A stretch of DNA of 64,000 nucleotides from Spirochaetales bacterium (GTDB taxonomy: Bacteria > Spirochaetota > Spirochaetia > DSM-27196 > SLST01), in NCBI GenBank assembly GCA_007127335.1, contig SKZO01000066.1, positions 199-64,198 on the forward strand, in the 5' to 3' direction. Of this stretch, positions 31,423 through 40,716 are shown one piece after another. The position numbers and the translations under genes were made by a program. The first letter of the stretch is position 1, and every line of letters starts with the position of its first letter. The notes below the pieces were generated by a model. The model did no database searches. It was not told the DNA's origin and saw only the letters and a program-made list of their open reading frames with translations.

Positions 31423-32163
31423 TCAGGGCGAGCGGAAATACTCTGAGAAGAACAATACGCTTTCCAGCCGACGTCTGAACAGGAGGAGCCGTCCTTCCCC
31501 GCTGAACTCGATCCGCTCAACGACGAGCTGCTCGTCCTCGTTCAAGCCGTAGTGCTGGACCATCACGAGCTCGGTCACGAACCGCGGGAGCGGATCAATG
31601 GTGGTCTCCAGCCGCACCGGAGCGCCGGTATCCGCGTCGAGCCATGCGGTGCCGCGATTCACGGCCTCGGGTCCGGTGCGGTGCTCGAACTCGATGGGGA
31701 GCACGAAGGCCCCGTCGAGCATCCGTCTGCCTCCGGTGCTCACTATCGTGATGTGAGGCTGCTCTTCGGGTGCGAAGGGATTGCGCTGGAACGACGCGAA
31801 CGGCGACCCGTCATCGGTGTCGCCTGCCTGCCCCTGGCCAGGACCGAAGGGCCCGCCGCCGGACTGCGGGCTGTCTCTGCGCTCGTCGGTGACATCCTCT
31901 CCGTTGCGTCGTGCCGACACGACCTGGCTCTGTATCTCACCGGTCTCATCCGCCCAGAGCCGCACGACCGTCTCATCGCGCGAGATGAGCTCACCGCGTC
32001 CGTTGAACTGGTCGAATGTCGCCGCCATCGTTCCGGGGAGGAGATCCGCACTCATCCGCAGGGACTCGACTGCCTTGCTCCACAACGGGTGCGCCGACAG
32101 CATGGCCGGCAGGACCGCGAGGAACACCGCGATGAGCGTACGCTTCGTGCTCCGCTGTGTCAT
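31423..32163 (-). CDS. Secreted protein, function unknown
   Basis: Signal peptide (LIAVFLAVLPAMLSA). Shares an ATGA junction with the upstream 32160..35081 gene. No family recognised. Confidence 0.55.
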   Translation of the reverse strand: MTQRSTKRTLIAVFLAVLPAMLSAHPLWSKAVESLRMSADLLPGTMAATFDQFNGRGELISRDETVVRLWADETGEIQSQVVSARRNGEDVTDERRDSPQSGGGPFGPGQGQAGDTDDGSPFASFQRNPFAPEEQPHITIVSTGGRRMLDGAFVLPIEFEHRTGPEAVNRGTAWLDADTGAPVRLETTIDPLPRFVTELVMVQHYGLNEDEQLVVERIEFSGEGRLLLFRRRLESVLFFSEYFRSP

Positions 32164-35081
32164 TGGTCATCAACATACCGCGGCAGTTGAGGTATCGTCT
32201 GCAGGAAATCCGAACGAAGATATACCGTCGTGTCGTCGAGCGGCGAGAAGGACTGCAGGTCGTCGGGACGGAGCCGGACTGCGGCTCCAAACCGGATGGG
32301 TATATCGGCCCAGAAGTTGATGACCGTCGTGAGTTCGGTGCCGAATGCGACCGCCGCGTCGAACGCCGCCCGCGGCGGAGAAACGTCGTACCCTCCGGTT
32401 GATTCGGCGAAGAGCGTGAGCCCGAAGGCGGTGATACCAACGCTCGGAAGCAGCGGCACGTCTACGAGGAGGTGCGGAGTGTGGTAGTCGAGGGCCAGGC
32501 GGTAGCGGCCGCGCAGGCCTTCGGTGGCTGAATGGTCGGTTCTCGCCTCGAAGCCGCGCAGAGCGTAGGGCGAGGCAAAAGGGGCTTTGGAGGCGAAGCT
32601 CGTCCGCGGGAAGACGGATACGACGTGGTCGCTTCGTCCGAGTCCAACGTTGAGCCGAGCGCCGGCGAGCGCCAGAAGCGCCCGGGGCGTGAAGTCGGGC
32701 GCGTCGAGCGGAGTTGCCGTGGTCATCGTGAACGAGCGGGCCCACGGCGCGTGGTAGGCGCGTGCCGAGGAGAGCGGGGTTGCTCCCGCTGAGAAGGTTG
32801 CGGCGAGCTCAATGCGGTTCAGCTGCGGCTCGTCCTGAGTGGCGCCTGTGACGGCAAAAGGCGTGGGAGAGAGGAACCCCAGGTTGTGGGTCGCGCTCAA
32901 TCCGATCGACGACCGGCGCGCGACCCCGAGCCGGTAGTCGGAGCGAAGCTGATAGGTGAGTGCGGCCCCCTGCCTGATCGTCCGGACGTGGGCCCGTTCG
33001 CCGTCGGGATCGTCGGGGGTCACGTCGTAGACCCGGTATTGCGCGTCGCTCGCCGCCTGGAACGTGAACGGTCCGTACCGGGTCTGCCACGCGATCGCGT
33101 AGTCGATCTGGCTGAGCGCCGGGAAGTAGACGGCCGACGCCTGCCAGAGGTTTCTGCCAAGGTAGTCCGCGCCGTATACCATCGCCCCGCCGCCGAGCCC
33201 GCTCGCCTCGAGCCCCGGCCCCGCGATTCCCGCGGTCGGCAGCCAGAACACAGGGCGCGGCCACGGTACGTAGCGCTCGCCTGCCACAGCGTCGAACCCG
33301 ACCGGCGGGGCGATCGGCCGCCCCGGAACGGTGGGAAGGATATTCTCCGACGTCGCGCCCCATGCGAGATCGGGCAGCCGGTCGGCCCGGAGCGTGTACC
33401 CATCGGCGGTGTAGGCAGCATAGATGAGCTCGCCGTCGATGATCCGGCCCGCGAAGGCTCCAACCGGGTCGGCGGCCAGAAGGGCGATCCTGTCTGTTGC
33501 AACGTCGTGTGCGTAGAGCGCGAGCCTTCCTCCGCGATCGGCGCCGTAGAGCAGCGTACCGTCGGAGGCGAAGCCGGGGGAGTAGGGCAGCGCGTCCTCG
33601 AGCTGGTCGAGCAGGGTGACGGTTCCGTCGTCGGCGCTGACAAGGACGACCTGCTGGTCTCCGCGCTGATTCACCAGTAGCGCGACGCGCGAGCCGTCCG
33701 GTGAGACCTCCGGCGTATAGAGACGAGTCTCTCCCGGGTCCAGAAGCACCCGCTCGGAGCCCCGGGGGTCCTCCGGAGCGGTCGTCGCAGCGGTCAGGTC
33801 GAACCGGACCAGTCGATGGTAGCTGCCGGTACGCTGTACCGCGACGAGAAACGACCCGTCCGGAGCGATCGCCGGGTGATGGTAGCCGCCGCCCTCTGAG
33901 AGCTGCCGTGTGTGGCCCGTTGTCACGTCGTGCAGGAAGATGTCCGACGTGATCGACGATTCGTCCGGGTATGCGTGGTCGGCTTCCACGGTCGCGAAGG
34001 CGATGGTTCGGCCGTCGGCGGTGACGCTCCACGAGGCGTGGTCGGTGAGTCGCACCTCGAGAAGGGGATGCTCCGCTCCCGTGGAACGGTCGAAACGTAC
34101 GATCGCCGGACGTGCGTCCGGGCGTGTCCGGTAGAGGTAGAGCCCCTTCTTGGTCGTCGCCGGCAGATGGTAGTCGCTGCGGGTCCGGGGGGTGATTCGA
34201 GGCGCGGCGTCCATGAGCGCGAGATCGGCATACCTGCTCTCCAGTTCGGCGACTATCCGCGGATAGATGTGCCGCATGCGGTCGCCGGTCGTTCGACGAA
34301 TCGCGCCCCATATGCCGAAGAACGGAAAGCGCGCGAAGTCGTCGAATATCTCCTGAACCACGTCGGGGCCGTATTCGTCGAGCAGATACTCCCAGATGAA
34401 GTAGCCGGCCACGTAGTACCGCCCCCGCGGGGCGAGGTGACTGTCGTAGCCGGCCTGTTTCAGGTTGAAGATGCGCTCTTCGACGACGGGGGCCTTGTAC
34501 AGCATCTCGAAGAACGCGTCGCTGCCGCGTCCTCCGGCCGTGTAGATCGTCTCCGTATTGACGGCGAGACCCTCGGTGGTCCAGATGGGCGCGAAGGCGA
34601 TAAAGAACCCGCGGAGCGAGCGGCCGAACACGGTACCGAGGAGCGAGAAGAGGCCGGAGTCGTAGTTGGCATGGACGTAATGCGTCAGCTCATGGACGAG
34701 GAGCAGCCGCAGCCAGCTCTCGGTGCGCGCGCCTGTCCATGGAAGCGAGGGCTGGGCCACGTAGAGCCCTATATGCTGAGGCGGTGCGGGTGAGTAGTAC
34801 CCGTTCGCGAGGTCGGTCTCCCCGTAGACGACGACCGGCACATGGCCCGGATCGCTGCCGAAGAAGCTCGTAACCTCCGAGTAGACCTCGTCGGCAAAGC
34901 TCGACAGCTCGTCGACCGCCGCCCGGTGTGCCGCCCGGTAGATAAAGGTGAAGTGCCTGGTCGAGTACGAGTACCATCGCAGGCTGTCGGATCGGGCTTC
35001 AGCGGTCGTTATCCCGGCGATCGCGACGAGCAGCGCGGTGAGCATTGCAGCGTGCCTCGCGGCACGGAGAGATCCTCGCAT
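32160..35081 (-). CDS. Large secreted protein: HExxH metallopeptidase-like region + PD40/TolB-like beta-propeller repeats + C-terminal beta-barrel-like region
   Basis: Start set at 35081 (MRGSLRAARHAAMLTALLVAIAGITTAEA signal peptide). Carries LLLVHELTHYVHA. Repeated 'SPDG/TADG/ASDG ... LV/IAF' units are typical of PD40 propellers. The last ~400 aa show an alternating beta-strand pattern with an LRGFE motif. Confidence 0.65.
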   Translation of the reverse strand: MRGSLRAARHAAMLTALLVAIAGITTAEARSDSLRWYSYSTRHFTFIYRAAHRAAVDELSSFADEVYSEVTSFFGSDPGHVPVVVYGETDLANGYYSPAPPQHIGLYVAQPSLPWTGARTESWLRLLLVHELTHYVHANYDSGLFSLLGTVFGRSLRGFFIAFAPIWTTEGLAVNTETIYTAGGRGSDAFFEMLYKAPVVEERIFNLKQAGYDSHLAPRGRYYVAGYFIWEYLLDEYGPDVVQEIFDDFARFPFFGIWGAIRRTTGDRMRHIYPRIVAELESRYADLALMDAAPRITPRTRSDYHLPATTKKGLYLYRTRPDARPAIVRFDRSTGAEHPLLEVRLTDHASWSVTADGRTIAFATVEADHAYPDESSITSDIFLHDVTTGHTRQLSEGGGYHHPAIAPDGSFLVAVQRTGSYHRLVRFDLTAATTAPEDPRGSERVLLDPGETRLYTPEVSPDGSRVALLVNQRGDQQVVLVSADDGTVTLLDQLEDALPYSPGFASDGTLLYGADRGGRLALYAHDVATDRIALLAADPVGAFAGRIIDGELIYAAYTADGYTLRADRLPDLAWGATSENILPTVPGRPIAPPVGFDAVAGERYVPWPRPVFWLPTAGIAGPGLEASGLGGGAMVYGADYLGRNLWQASAVYFPALSQIDYAIAWQTRYGPFTFQAASDAQYRVYDVTPDDPDGERAHVRTIRQGAALTYQLRSDYRLGVARRSSIGLSATHNLGFLSPTPFAVTGATQDEPQLNRIELAATFSAGATPLSSARAYHAPWARSFTMTTATPLDAPDFTPRALLALAGARLNVGLGRSDHVVSVFPRTSFASKAPFASPYALRGFEARTDHSATEGLRGRYRLALDYHTPHLLVDVPLLPSVGITAFGLTLFAESTGGYDVSPPRAAFDAAVAFGTELTTVINFWADIPIRFGAAVRLRPDDLQSFSPLDDTTVYLRSDFLQTIPQLPRYVDDQ

Positions 35082-35112
35082 AGCGCACTGTAATACGAAA
35101 TCGCGCCCCGAA

Positions 35113-37188
35113 TCACCCCTGCTCGAGCAGTCGTTCGGCGTGGGGGAGCGGGGTAGGGCGTGAGACGGCGAAGCCCTGAGCGTAGTCCACGCCAATGTCG
35201 CGCAGTATGGTCCGGATCGTGTCATTGTGAACGTACTCAGCGATCGTCTTCATCCCCATCGTGTGGCCGATGTTGTTGACAGCCTTGACCATTGCCAGGT
35301 CTATCTCGTCGTGCTCGACCTCCTTCACGAATGAACCGTCGATCTTCAGGTAGTCGACCGGCAGCCGCTTCAGATACGAGAATGACGAGAACCCGTTGCC
35401 AAAGTCGTCGAGCGCGAAGGTCGCGCCCTCCTCGCGAAGGCGTGTCACGAAGCTGATGGCCCGACTGAAGTTCTGGATCGCGCTGGTCTCAGTGATCTCG
35501 AGGCAGAAGCTCGACGGACTGACTTCGTGGGTGTCGAACATGAGCAGGAGAAAATCGAGGAGCGAGTTGTCCACGAGCGACGCGCCGCTGAGGTTCACGC
35601 ATATCACCGGTATCGGGATCTCGTGCTTCGCCGCTAGCGATACGTAACGACATGCCGCAGCCACGACCCATTTGTCGATTGAAGGCATGAGTCTGTAGCG
35701 CTCGGCAGCGGTGATGAACTCACCGGGCGAGACCAGCCCCCCGTCGGCGTCCTTGAGGCGGAGCAGAATCTCGTATTTGGGAACGTCCTCGGGCCGGGAG
35801 TCGAGAGGCACGATCTCCTGGTGGAACAGCGCGAAACGGTTCTCTTCGAGCGCTTCGGTCAGCCGTGCGATCCACTGCATCTCGCCCTTGCGCCTGAGGA
35901 ACACGTAGTCGGACGTCTTGTAGAACTCAACGGCGTTACCCCCGTGCTCCTTGACGAGAGAGCACGCATCGTCTCCCGCCGCGAGGATGTCGTTGACGCG
36001 GCTGCTTCCTGCCATGATGGGTGCCGCACCAATACTTACCGTCACGTTATAGCTGCGCTCCTGCCACACAAACTTGCGGTTCAGGTGAGAGACGAGATCG
36101 CGTGCGATCTGCGTGCCCTCGTCGAGCGAGGTGTCGAGCAGGATCAGGCCAAACTGATCGCCGCCGACTCTGCCGAGCACATGCGCCCGGTCTACGAACT
36201 CTTTGATGCCGTCCGCGGTCTGGCAGAGCAGTTCGTCGCCGGCGAGGTGCCCGCAGACTTCGTTGATCACCTTGAACTGGTCTATGTCGACGTAGAGGAA
36301 GAGGTGGGTCTGGTCGGTGCTCTCCGTTGGTTCAGCAATACGCTCGAGTCGGGTCGCGAACTCGTCACGGTTGATGAGGCCGGTAAGCGCGTCGTGACTC
36401 GCCTGGTAGCTGACGGTCTCGTTCAACCTCTTGATGTCGGTGATGTCGTGGAACGCCACGGTGAGGCCCTCGAACTCGCCGCGCTCACCCCGGATTTCGG
36501 CGACCGTCCCCTCAATGTGAATGCGCGCGCCGAGCTTGTTCTGCAGGTAGACCGACTCGAACACCCTCGCGACGGGATTCTGGGCGTCGGGCTCGACCGG
36601 GATCAGCACGGACTCCTCGCTCGTGTCCGCGATGAGCGAGATGACCTCGTTGACGTCGCATCCGCGCGCCTCCTCCTCGTGCCATCCGGTGAGCGTTACC
36701 GCGACCGGATTCATGAACTGAATCGCACCGCTCGCGTCGGTGGCAACGATCGCGTCGCCGGCGCTGCGCAGAATCGAAGAGAACAGACGTTCCTGTCGCA
36801 GGAGCTCACGTTCGACCCGGCTCTTGTAGAGGCCGATGTCGATCGTCGTGTGGAGTTCCCGTTCCTTGAACGGTTTCAGGACGTACCCGACCGGCTCGGC
36901 GATCTTCGCGCGCTGTATCGTGGACTCGTCCGCGTACGCCGTGAGGAAGATGACCGGAATCCGGTGTTGTTGGCGTATCTCCGTGGCGGCGTTCACGCCG
37001 TCGGTGCTTCCGGACAGCATGATGTCCATCAACACGATGTCGGGCAGCTCGGCCGCTGTGATGCTGAGCGCTTCCTCAGCGTCGGAGGCGAGTCCTACGA
37101 CCTCGTACCCAAACCTCTCGAGGCGGCGCTTGAGATCGAGAGCGATGATTCTCTCGTCTTCCACGACGAGAATCCGGTCTTCAGCCAT
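35113..37188 (-). CDS. Response regulator with REC-PAS-GGDEF-EAL domains (c-di-GMP turnover)
   Basis: REC domain (ILVVEDE...IVLMDIML...LKPF). PAS domain (DAIVATDASGAIQFMNP). GGDEF domain with the variant motif GGDQF (nt 36151..36165). EAL domain (YEILLRL, EITE, DDFGNGFSS, KIDGSF). Confidence 0.9.
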   Translation of the reverse strand: MAEDRILVVEDERIIALDLKRRLERFGYEVVGLASDAEEALSITAAELPDIVLMDIMLSGSTDGVNAATEIRQQHRIPVIFLTAYADESTIQRAKIAEPVGYVLKPFKERELHTTIDIGLYKSRVERELLRQERLFSSILRSAGDAIVATDASGAIQFMNPVAVTLTGWHEEEARGCDVNEVISLIADTSEESVLIPVEPDAQNPVARVFESVYLQNKLGARIHIEGTVAEIRGERGEFEGLTVAFHDITDIKRLNETVSYQASHDALTGLINRDEFATRLERIAEPTESTDQTHLFLYVDIDQFKVINEVCGHLAGDELLCQTADGIKEFVDRAHVLGRVGGDQFGLILLDTSLDEGTQIARDLVSHLNRKFVWQERSYNVTVSIGAAPIMAGSSRVNDILAAGDDACSLVKEHGGNAVEFYKTSDYVFLRRKGEMQWIARLTEALEENRFALFHQEIVPLDSRPEDVPKYEILLRLKDADGGLVSPGEFITAAERYRLMPSIDKWVVAAACRYVSLAAKHEIPIPVICVNLSGASLVDNSLLDFLLLMFDTHEVSPSSFCLEITETSAIQNFSRAISFVTRLREEGATFALDDFGNGFSSFSYLKRLPVDYLKIDGSFVKEVEHDEIDLAMVKAVNNIGHTMGMKTIAEYVHNDTIRTILRDIGVDYAQGFAVSRPTPLPHAERLLEQG

Positions 37189-37243
37189 GTCACGTCAGAG
37201 TATAGTGATCGTCGGCTAGAAGTGCAATATCGTGAATAATGGA

Positions 37244-37723
37244 CTATTTTAATGTATTTTGCAGGAACAGGACATCCCGGATCCGGTGAGGTTCGAGTCG
37301 GAACGGAGACCCGCGGCCCTGGAGGAAGTGATACTTCTCCATCAGATGCAGACTCAACTCGGAATAGAGGAGCTGCAGATCGCCTGGGCGGCCGTTCTCG
37401 GCGACCGAGACCTGGGCGTTCACCTTTCGGAAGATCCCGTCCTCGAACGGCGAGGCAAGGAAACCCCGGGCCTCGTAGACCTGGACGATCCATCTGCCGT
37501 CCACCGTGACGGGTTCTCCAAGGCCCTTGCGTCCCTCGTCCAGGAGACGATGCATCCGCTCGGCCGCTTCGTCGAAGTCGACGTGCAGCTGTTCCATCTT
37601 CGACTCGTCTTCCGCGATGATCTCCACGATGGGTCGTCTATCGTCGCCGAGAAACCCGTCCGAGGTGATGACGCCCGGCTGCATGTTCGCCTGTGCCTTG
37701 GCGTATTCAGGTGACATCTTCAT
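37244..37723 (-). CDS. Hypothetical soluble protein, 9 nt downstream of nqrF
   Basis: 159 aa with no Cys, no TM segment and no motif I recognise. Codon usage looks genic and the spacing to nqrF is tight. Confidence 0.55.
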   Translation of the reverse strand: MKMSPEYAKAQANMQPGVITSDGFLGDDRRPIVEIIAEDESKMEQLHVDFDEAAERMHRLLDEGRKGLGEPVTVDGRWIVQVYEARGFLASPFEDGIFRKVNAQVSVAENGRPGDLQLLYSELSLHLMEKYHFLQGRGSPFRLEPHRIRDVLFLQNTLK

Positions 37724-37732
37724 CGGGCGCTC

Positions 37733-38875
37733 CTATGCGAACTTGTCGAAGTAGATCCTGTCTTCCGACATGTCGAATTTTCTCATGACGGCCATACAGG
37801 CGTCAAGCATACCGGGGCTGCCGCAGAGATAGCCCTCGAGCGGGCTGCTGCGGTCGATCTGGTCGGTGAGGTAGGAGGCAAGCACCTCCGTGATGAGCCC
37901 GGTGGGGCCGGTCCATTCGTCCTCCTCCTGCGGTTCGCTGAGTGCCGGCACGAAGTGGAACTTCTCGTACTCTCCGTCGAGCTCGTTGAGCCAGTCGAGG
38001 TAGAACATGTCCGCCTTGGTTCTCGCTCCAAAGAAGTACCAGACCTCGCGGGTCTCGATCTCGCCGGTCTCGATCATGTGCTGGAAGATGCCCTTGAACG
38101 GCGCCATTCCGGACCCCCCTGCAACGCAGATCATCGTCGCACCGGTGTCCTTGACGCCGAACTCCCCAAAGGGGGCGATAACCTTCATCCGTTGTCCTTC
38201 CTGAAGGTGCTCGTGGACGTAGGTCGTCACGATCCCCCCCGGCACGAGCCGGACGAGGAACTCGAGGTGATTCCTGTCGCTCGGCGGAGAGCTCATCGAA
38301 TAGGCTCGCTGCGTGGGGGCACGTACCTTTCCGTACGGCGGAACTTCGATCTGTCCGTACTGCCCGCAGGAGAACGATATCTCTTTCCCCTCCGGCAGCT
38401 TCACGTAGACTTCCTTGATATCGTGCGTGACGTCACGAACACGCTCGATGACTCCGTCAAACTCCTGGACGTTGAACAGAGCCTCAGGGATCTCGATCTC
38501 CACATTGTCCTTCACCTTGATCTGGCAGGAGAGCCGAACGTTCTGCTCGATCTCCTCCTTCTCGAGGTACGGGATCTCGGTCGGCAGATGCGGACCGACG
38601 TCGCTTTTCACCTTGACCTTGCAGGCGCCGCAGCTGCCGCGCCCGCCGCAGGCGCTCGGCACAAAAATACCGCTCTCGGCAAGCGTCTGGAGCATCGGCG
38701 CACCGCCCTTGATCTCGAGCTTCCGTTTGCCGCTGTTGATGTCGATCACCAGATCGCCGTAGTTGTTGACGATCCTGTCGGTGATCGTTATCAGCGCTCC
38801 CAGGACCGCGCTGATCAACCCTATGGAAAGCGGTGCTACGAGGGCCTGTACGATCGCTGGTGCGTTCTCCATCAT
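37733..38875 (-). CDS. nqrF: Na+-translocating NADH:quinone oxidoreductase subunit F-like
   Basis: N-terminal TM helix, 2Fe-2S ferredoxin Cys pattern (ACGGRGSCGACKV...RLSCQ), an FAD-binding RAYSMSS-type motif and a GGSGMAP NAD(H) motif. Confidence 0.9.
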   Translation of the reverse strand: MMENAPAIVQALVAPLSIGLISAVLGALITITDRIVNNYGDLVIDINSGKRKLEIKGGAPMLQTLAESGIFVPSACGGRGSCGACKVKVKSDVGPHLPTEIPYLEKEEIEQNVRLSCQIKVKDNVEIEIPEALFNVQEFDGVIERVRDVTHDIKEVYVKLPEGKEISFSCGQYGQIEVPPYGKVRAPTQRAYSMSSPPSDRNHLEFLVRLVPGGIVTTYVHEHLQEGQRMKVIAPFGEFGVKDTGATMICVAGGSGMAPFKGIFQHMIETGEIETREVWYFFGARTKADMFYLDWLNELDGEYEKFHFVPALSEPQEEDEWTGPTGLITEVLASYLTDQIDRSSPLEGYLCGSPGMLDACMAVMRKFDMSEDRIYFDKFA

Positions 38876-38882
38876 CGTCCTC

Positions 38883-39473
38883 CTACTGCACCTGGAGCAT
38901 GCCGCCGAACCCGATGAAGGCCATCGCCATGAACCCGATGATGATCATGGTGATGCCCGCTCCCTTGAGCCCCGGGGGCACCGGCGCCTTCTCGACCTTC
39001 TTGCGTATGGCGCTGAGGGCCATGATCGCGAGCCACCAGCCGAGTCCGCTCCCGAGTCCGTAGACCACCGACTGGATGAAGCTGTAGTTGCGGATCTCCA
39101 TGAACAACGATACGCCGAGGATCGCGCAGTTGACCGTGATCAGCGGGAGGAAGATACCGAGGTTCATGTAGAGCGTCTGGCTGACCCGGTCGATGATCAT
39201 CTCGAGCATCTGGACGACCGCGGCGATCACGATGATGAACACGATGTAGCGGAGGTACACGAGGCCCAGCGTCTGGAGCAGCTGCAGTATGAGCCAGTTC
39301 ACCGCCGTCGTGACGGTGAGGACCATCGTGACGGCGAGCCCGAGGCCGTTCGAGCTCTTCATGTCCTTCGAGATAGAGATGAAGGAACACATACCAAGAA
39401 AGTTTGCCAGGAGTATGTTGCTCGTGAAAATCGAGGCAAACAGCAGTGAAAACGGGGTGATAGCCGGGGTCAT
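38883..39473 (-). CDS. nqrE: NQR subunit E-like
   Basis: FLGMCSF, LGIFLPLITVNCAILG, VYGLGSGLGW and VPPGLKGAGITMI. These are Nqr-type rather than RnfA-type signatures. Confidence 0.9.
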   Translation of the reverse strand: MTPAITPFSLLFASIFTSNILLANFLGMCSFISISKDMKSSNGLGLAVTMVLTVTTAVNWLILQLLQTLGLVYLRYIVFIIVIAAVVQMLEMIIDRVSQTLYMNLGIFLPLITVNCAILGVSLFMEIRNYSFIQSVVYGLGSGLGWWLAIMALSAIRKKVEKAPVPPGLKGAGITMIIIGFMAMAFIGFGGMLQVQ

Positions 39474-40087
39474 GCTGGCGCTCCTTCGCGGTTCATTGCG
39501 GCCTTGCCCACCCAGATGATGATCCCGAGCAGGAAGAACGCGCTCGGTGGCATGACCATGATCGTCCAGGGAACGAAGGCGTCGGGCAGAATCTGGAATC
39601 CAAACAGCGTGCCGAAGCCGAGCAGCTCACGGAAGACGGCGATCACCATCAGGACCCCCATGTAGCCAAGACCGCTAGTCACTCCGTCCCACAGGCTCGG
39701 AATCGGATCGTTGCTCTGCGCAAAGGCCTCCGCGCGTCCCATGATGATGCAGTTGGTGATGATCAGGCCGACGTAAGGTCCGAGGTTGCGGCTGATTTCC
39801 GGCAGGTACGCCTTCAGCACGATATCGACGATGATGACGTAGAACGCGATGATGAGCGTCTGGACCATCATCCGGACCTTCCGCGGCATAAACTTCTTCA
39901 GAAGCGATACGGTCAGGTTGCTGAATCCCGTCACGAAGGTCACGCCGATCGTCATGATCGCCGTATTCGTGAGCAGGTTCGTCACCGCCAGCGCCGAGCA
40001 GATGCCGAGCACCTGCATGAAGATGGGGTTGCTCGTCCAGAGGTTGTTCTTCAGGATCGCCCCTGGCCTCGTATCGACGTCGCTCAT
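39470..40087 (-). CDS. nqrD: NQR subunit D-like
   Basis: VLGICSALAVT and LKAYLPEISRNLGPYVGLIITNCIIMGRAEAFA closely match the NqrD pattern. Confidence 0.9.
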   Translation of the reverse strand: MSDVDTRPGAILKNNLWTSNPIFMQVLGICSALAVTNLLTNTAIMTIGVTFVTGFSNLTVSLLKKFMPRKVRMMVQTLIIAFYVIIVDIVLKAYLPEISRNLGPYVGLIITNCIIMGRAEAFAQSNDPIPSLWDGVTSGLGYMGVLMVIAVFRELLGFGTLFGFQILPDAFVPWTIMVMPPSAFFLLGIIIWVGKAAMNREGAPA

Positions 40088-40716
40088 ACCTCTCCTCCTG
40101 AAGCAAGCTGCGCCGCAAGCTCCTCGAGCCGTGCGCGGATCTCCGGCGACCGGAACTGCTCAACCGTACGGTTGATGATCGACTGCATCGCATTGCTCGT
40201 TGCAGTCGCCCCGGTGATCCCGTCTACGATTCCCCGCTCCGGATCGGCCTCGCCGGCGCGTACCGTGATGCCGTCGTCCGGAATACGCTGGCTCTCGAAC
40301 TGCTCCTTGAACCATGGCTCGTTGATCCGTCCCCCAAGCCCGGGCGTCTCGTTGTCGTCGACGATCTCTATCCCGACGAACGTCTGAATGTCGGCGGTGA
40401 CGGCGAGGAAGCCGAAGATGCCGCCCCAGAGACCTGATCCGCTCATCTCCTTCGCGTACACGGTACGACCGTCTATCCGTCCGGCGAAGAGTCCTTCCTC
40501 TTCGTCGGAAGCGATCCTCGCGAACTCCTCCCGGATCTCCTCGACCGTGGTTGCCTCCACTCCCATCGCCGAGAGCACTGCGCTCTGACGCGCAATCTCC
40601 TCATTCAGGCGGACGCGTTCGATCGTCGCCTGGTTCGTCATGGAGAGCAGGAACACAAAGGCGAAACTCACGATGAAGATGAACACAACCGTATAGAGGG
40701 TGCCTTCCTTGTTCAT
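40084..40716 (-). CDS. nqrC: NQR subunit C-like (FMN-binding)
   Basis: Start at the ATG at 40716 (MNKEGTLYTVVFIFIV..., a TM anchor). Carries ETPGLGG and the covalent-FMN motif DGITGATATS. The 210-aa length is shorter than Vibrio NqrC. Confidence 0.85.
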   Translation of the reverse strand: MNKEGTLYTVVFIFIVSFAFVFLLSMTNQATIERVRLNEEIARQSAVLSAMGVEATTVEEIREEFARIASDEEEGLFAGRIDGRTVYAKEMSGSGLWGGIFGFLAVTADIQTFVGIEIVDDNETPGLGGRINEPWFKEQFESQRIPDDGITVRAGEADPERGIVDGITGATATSNAMQSIINRTVEQFRSPEIRARLEELAAQLASGGEV

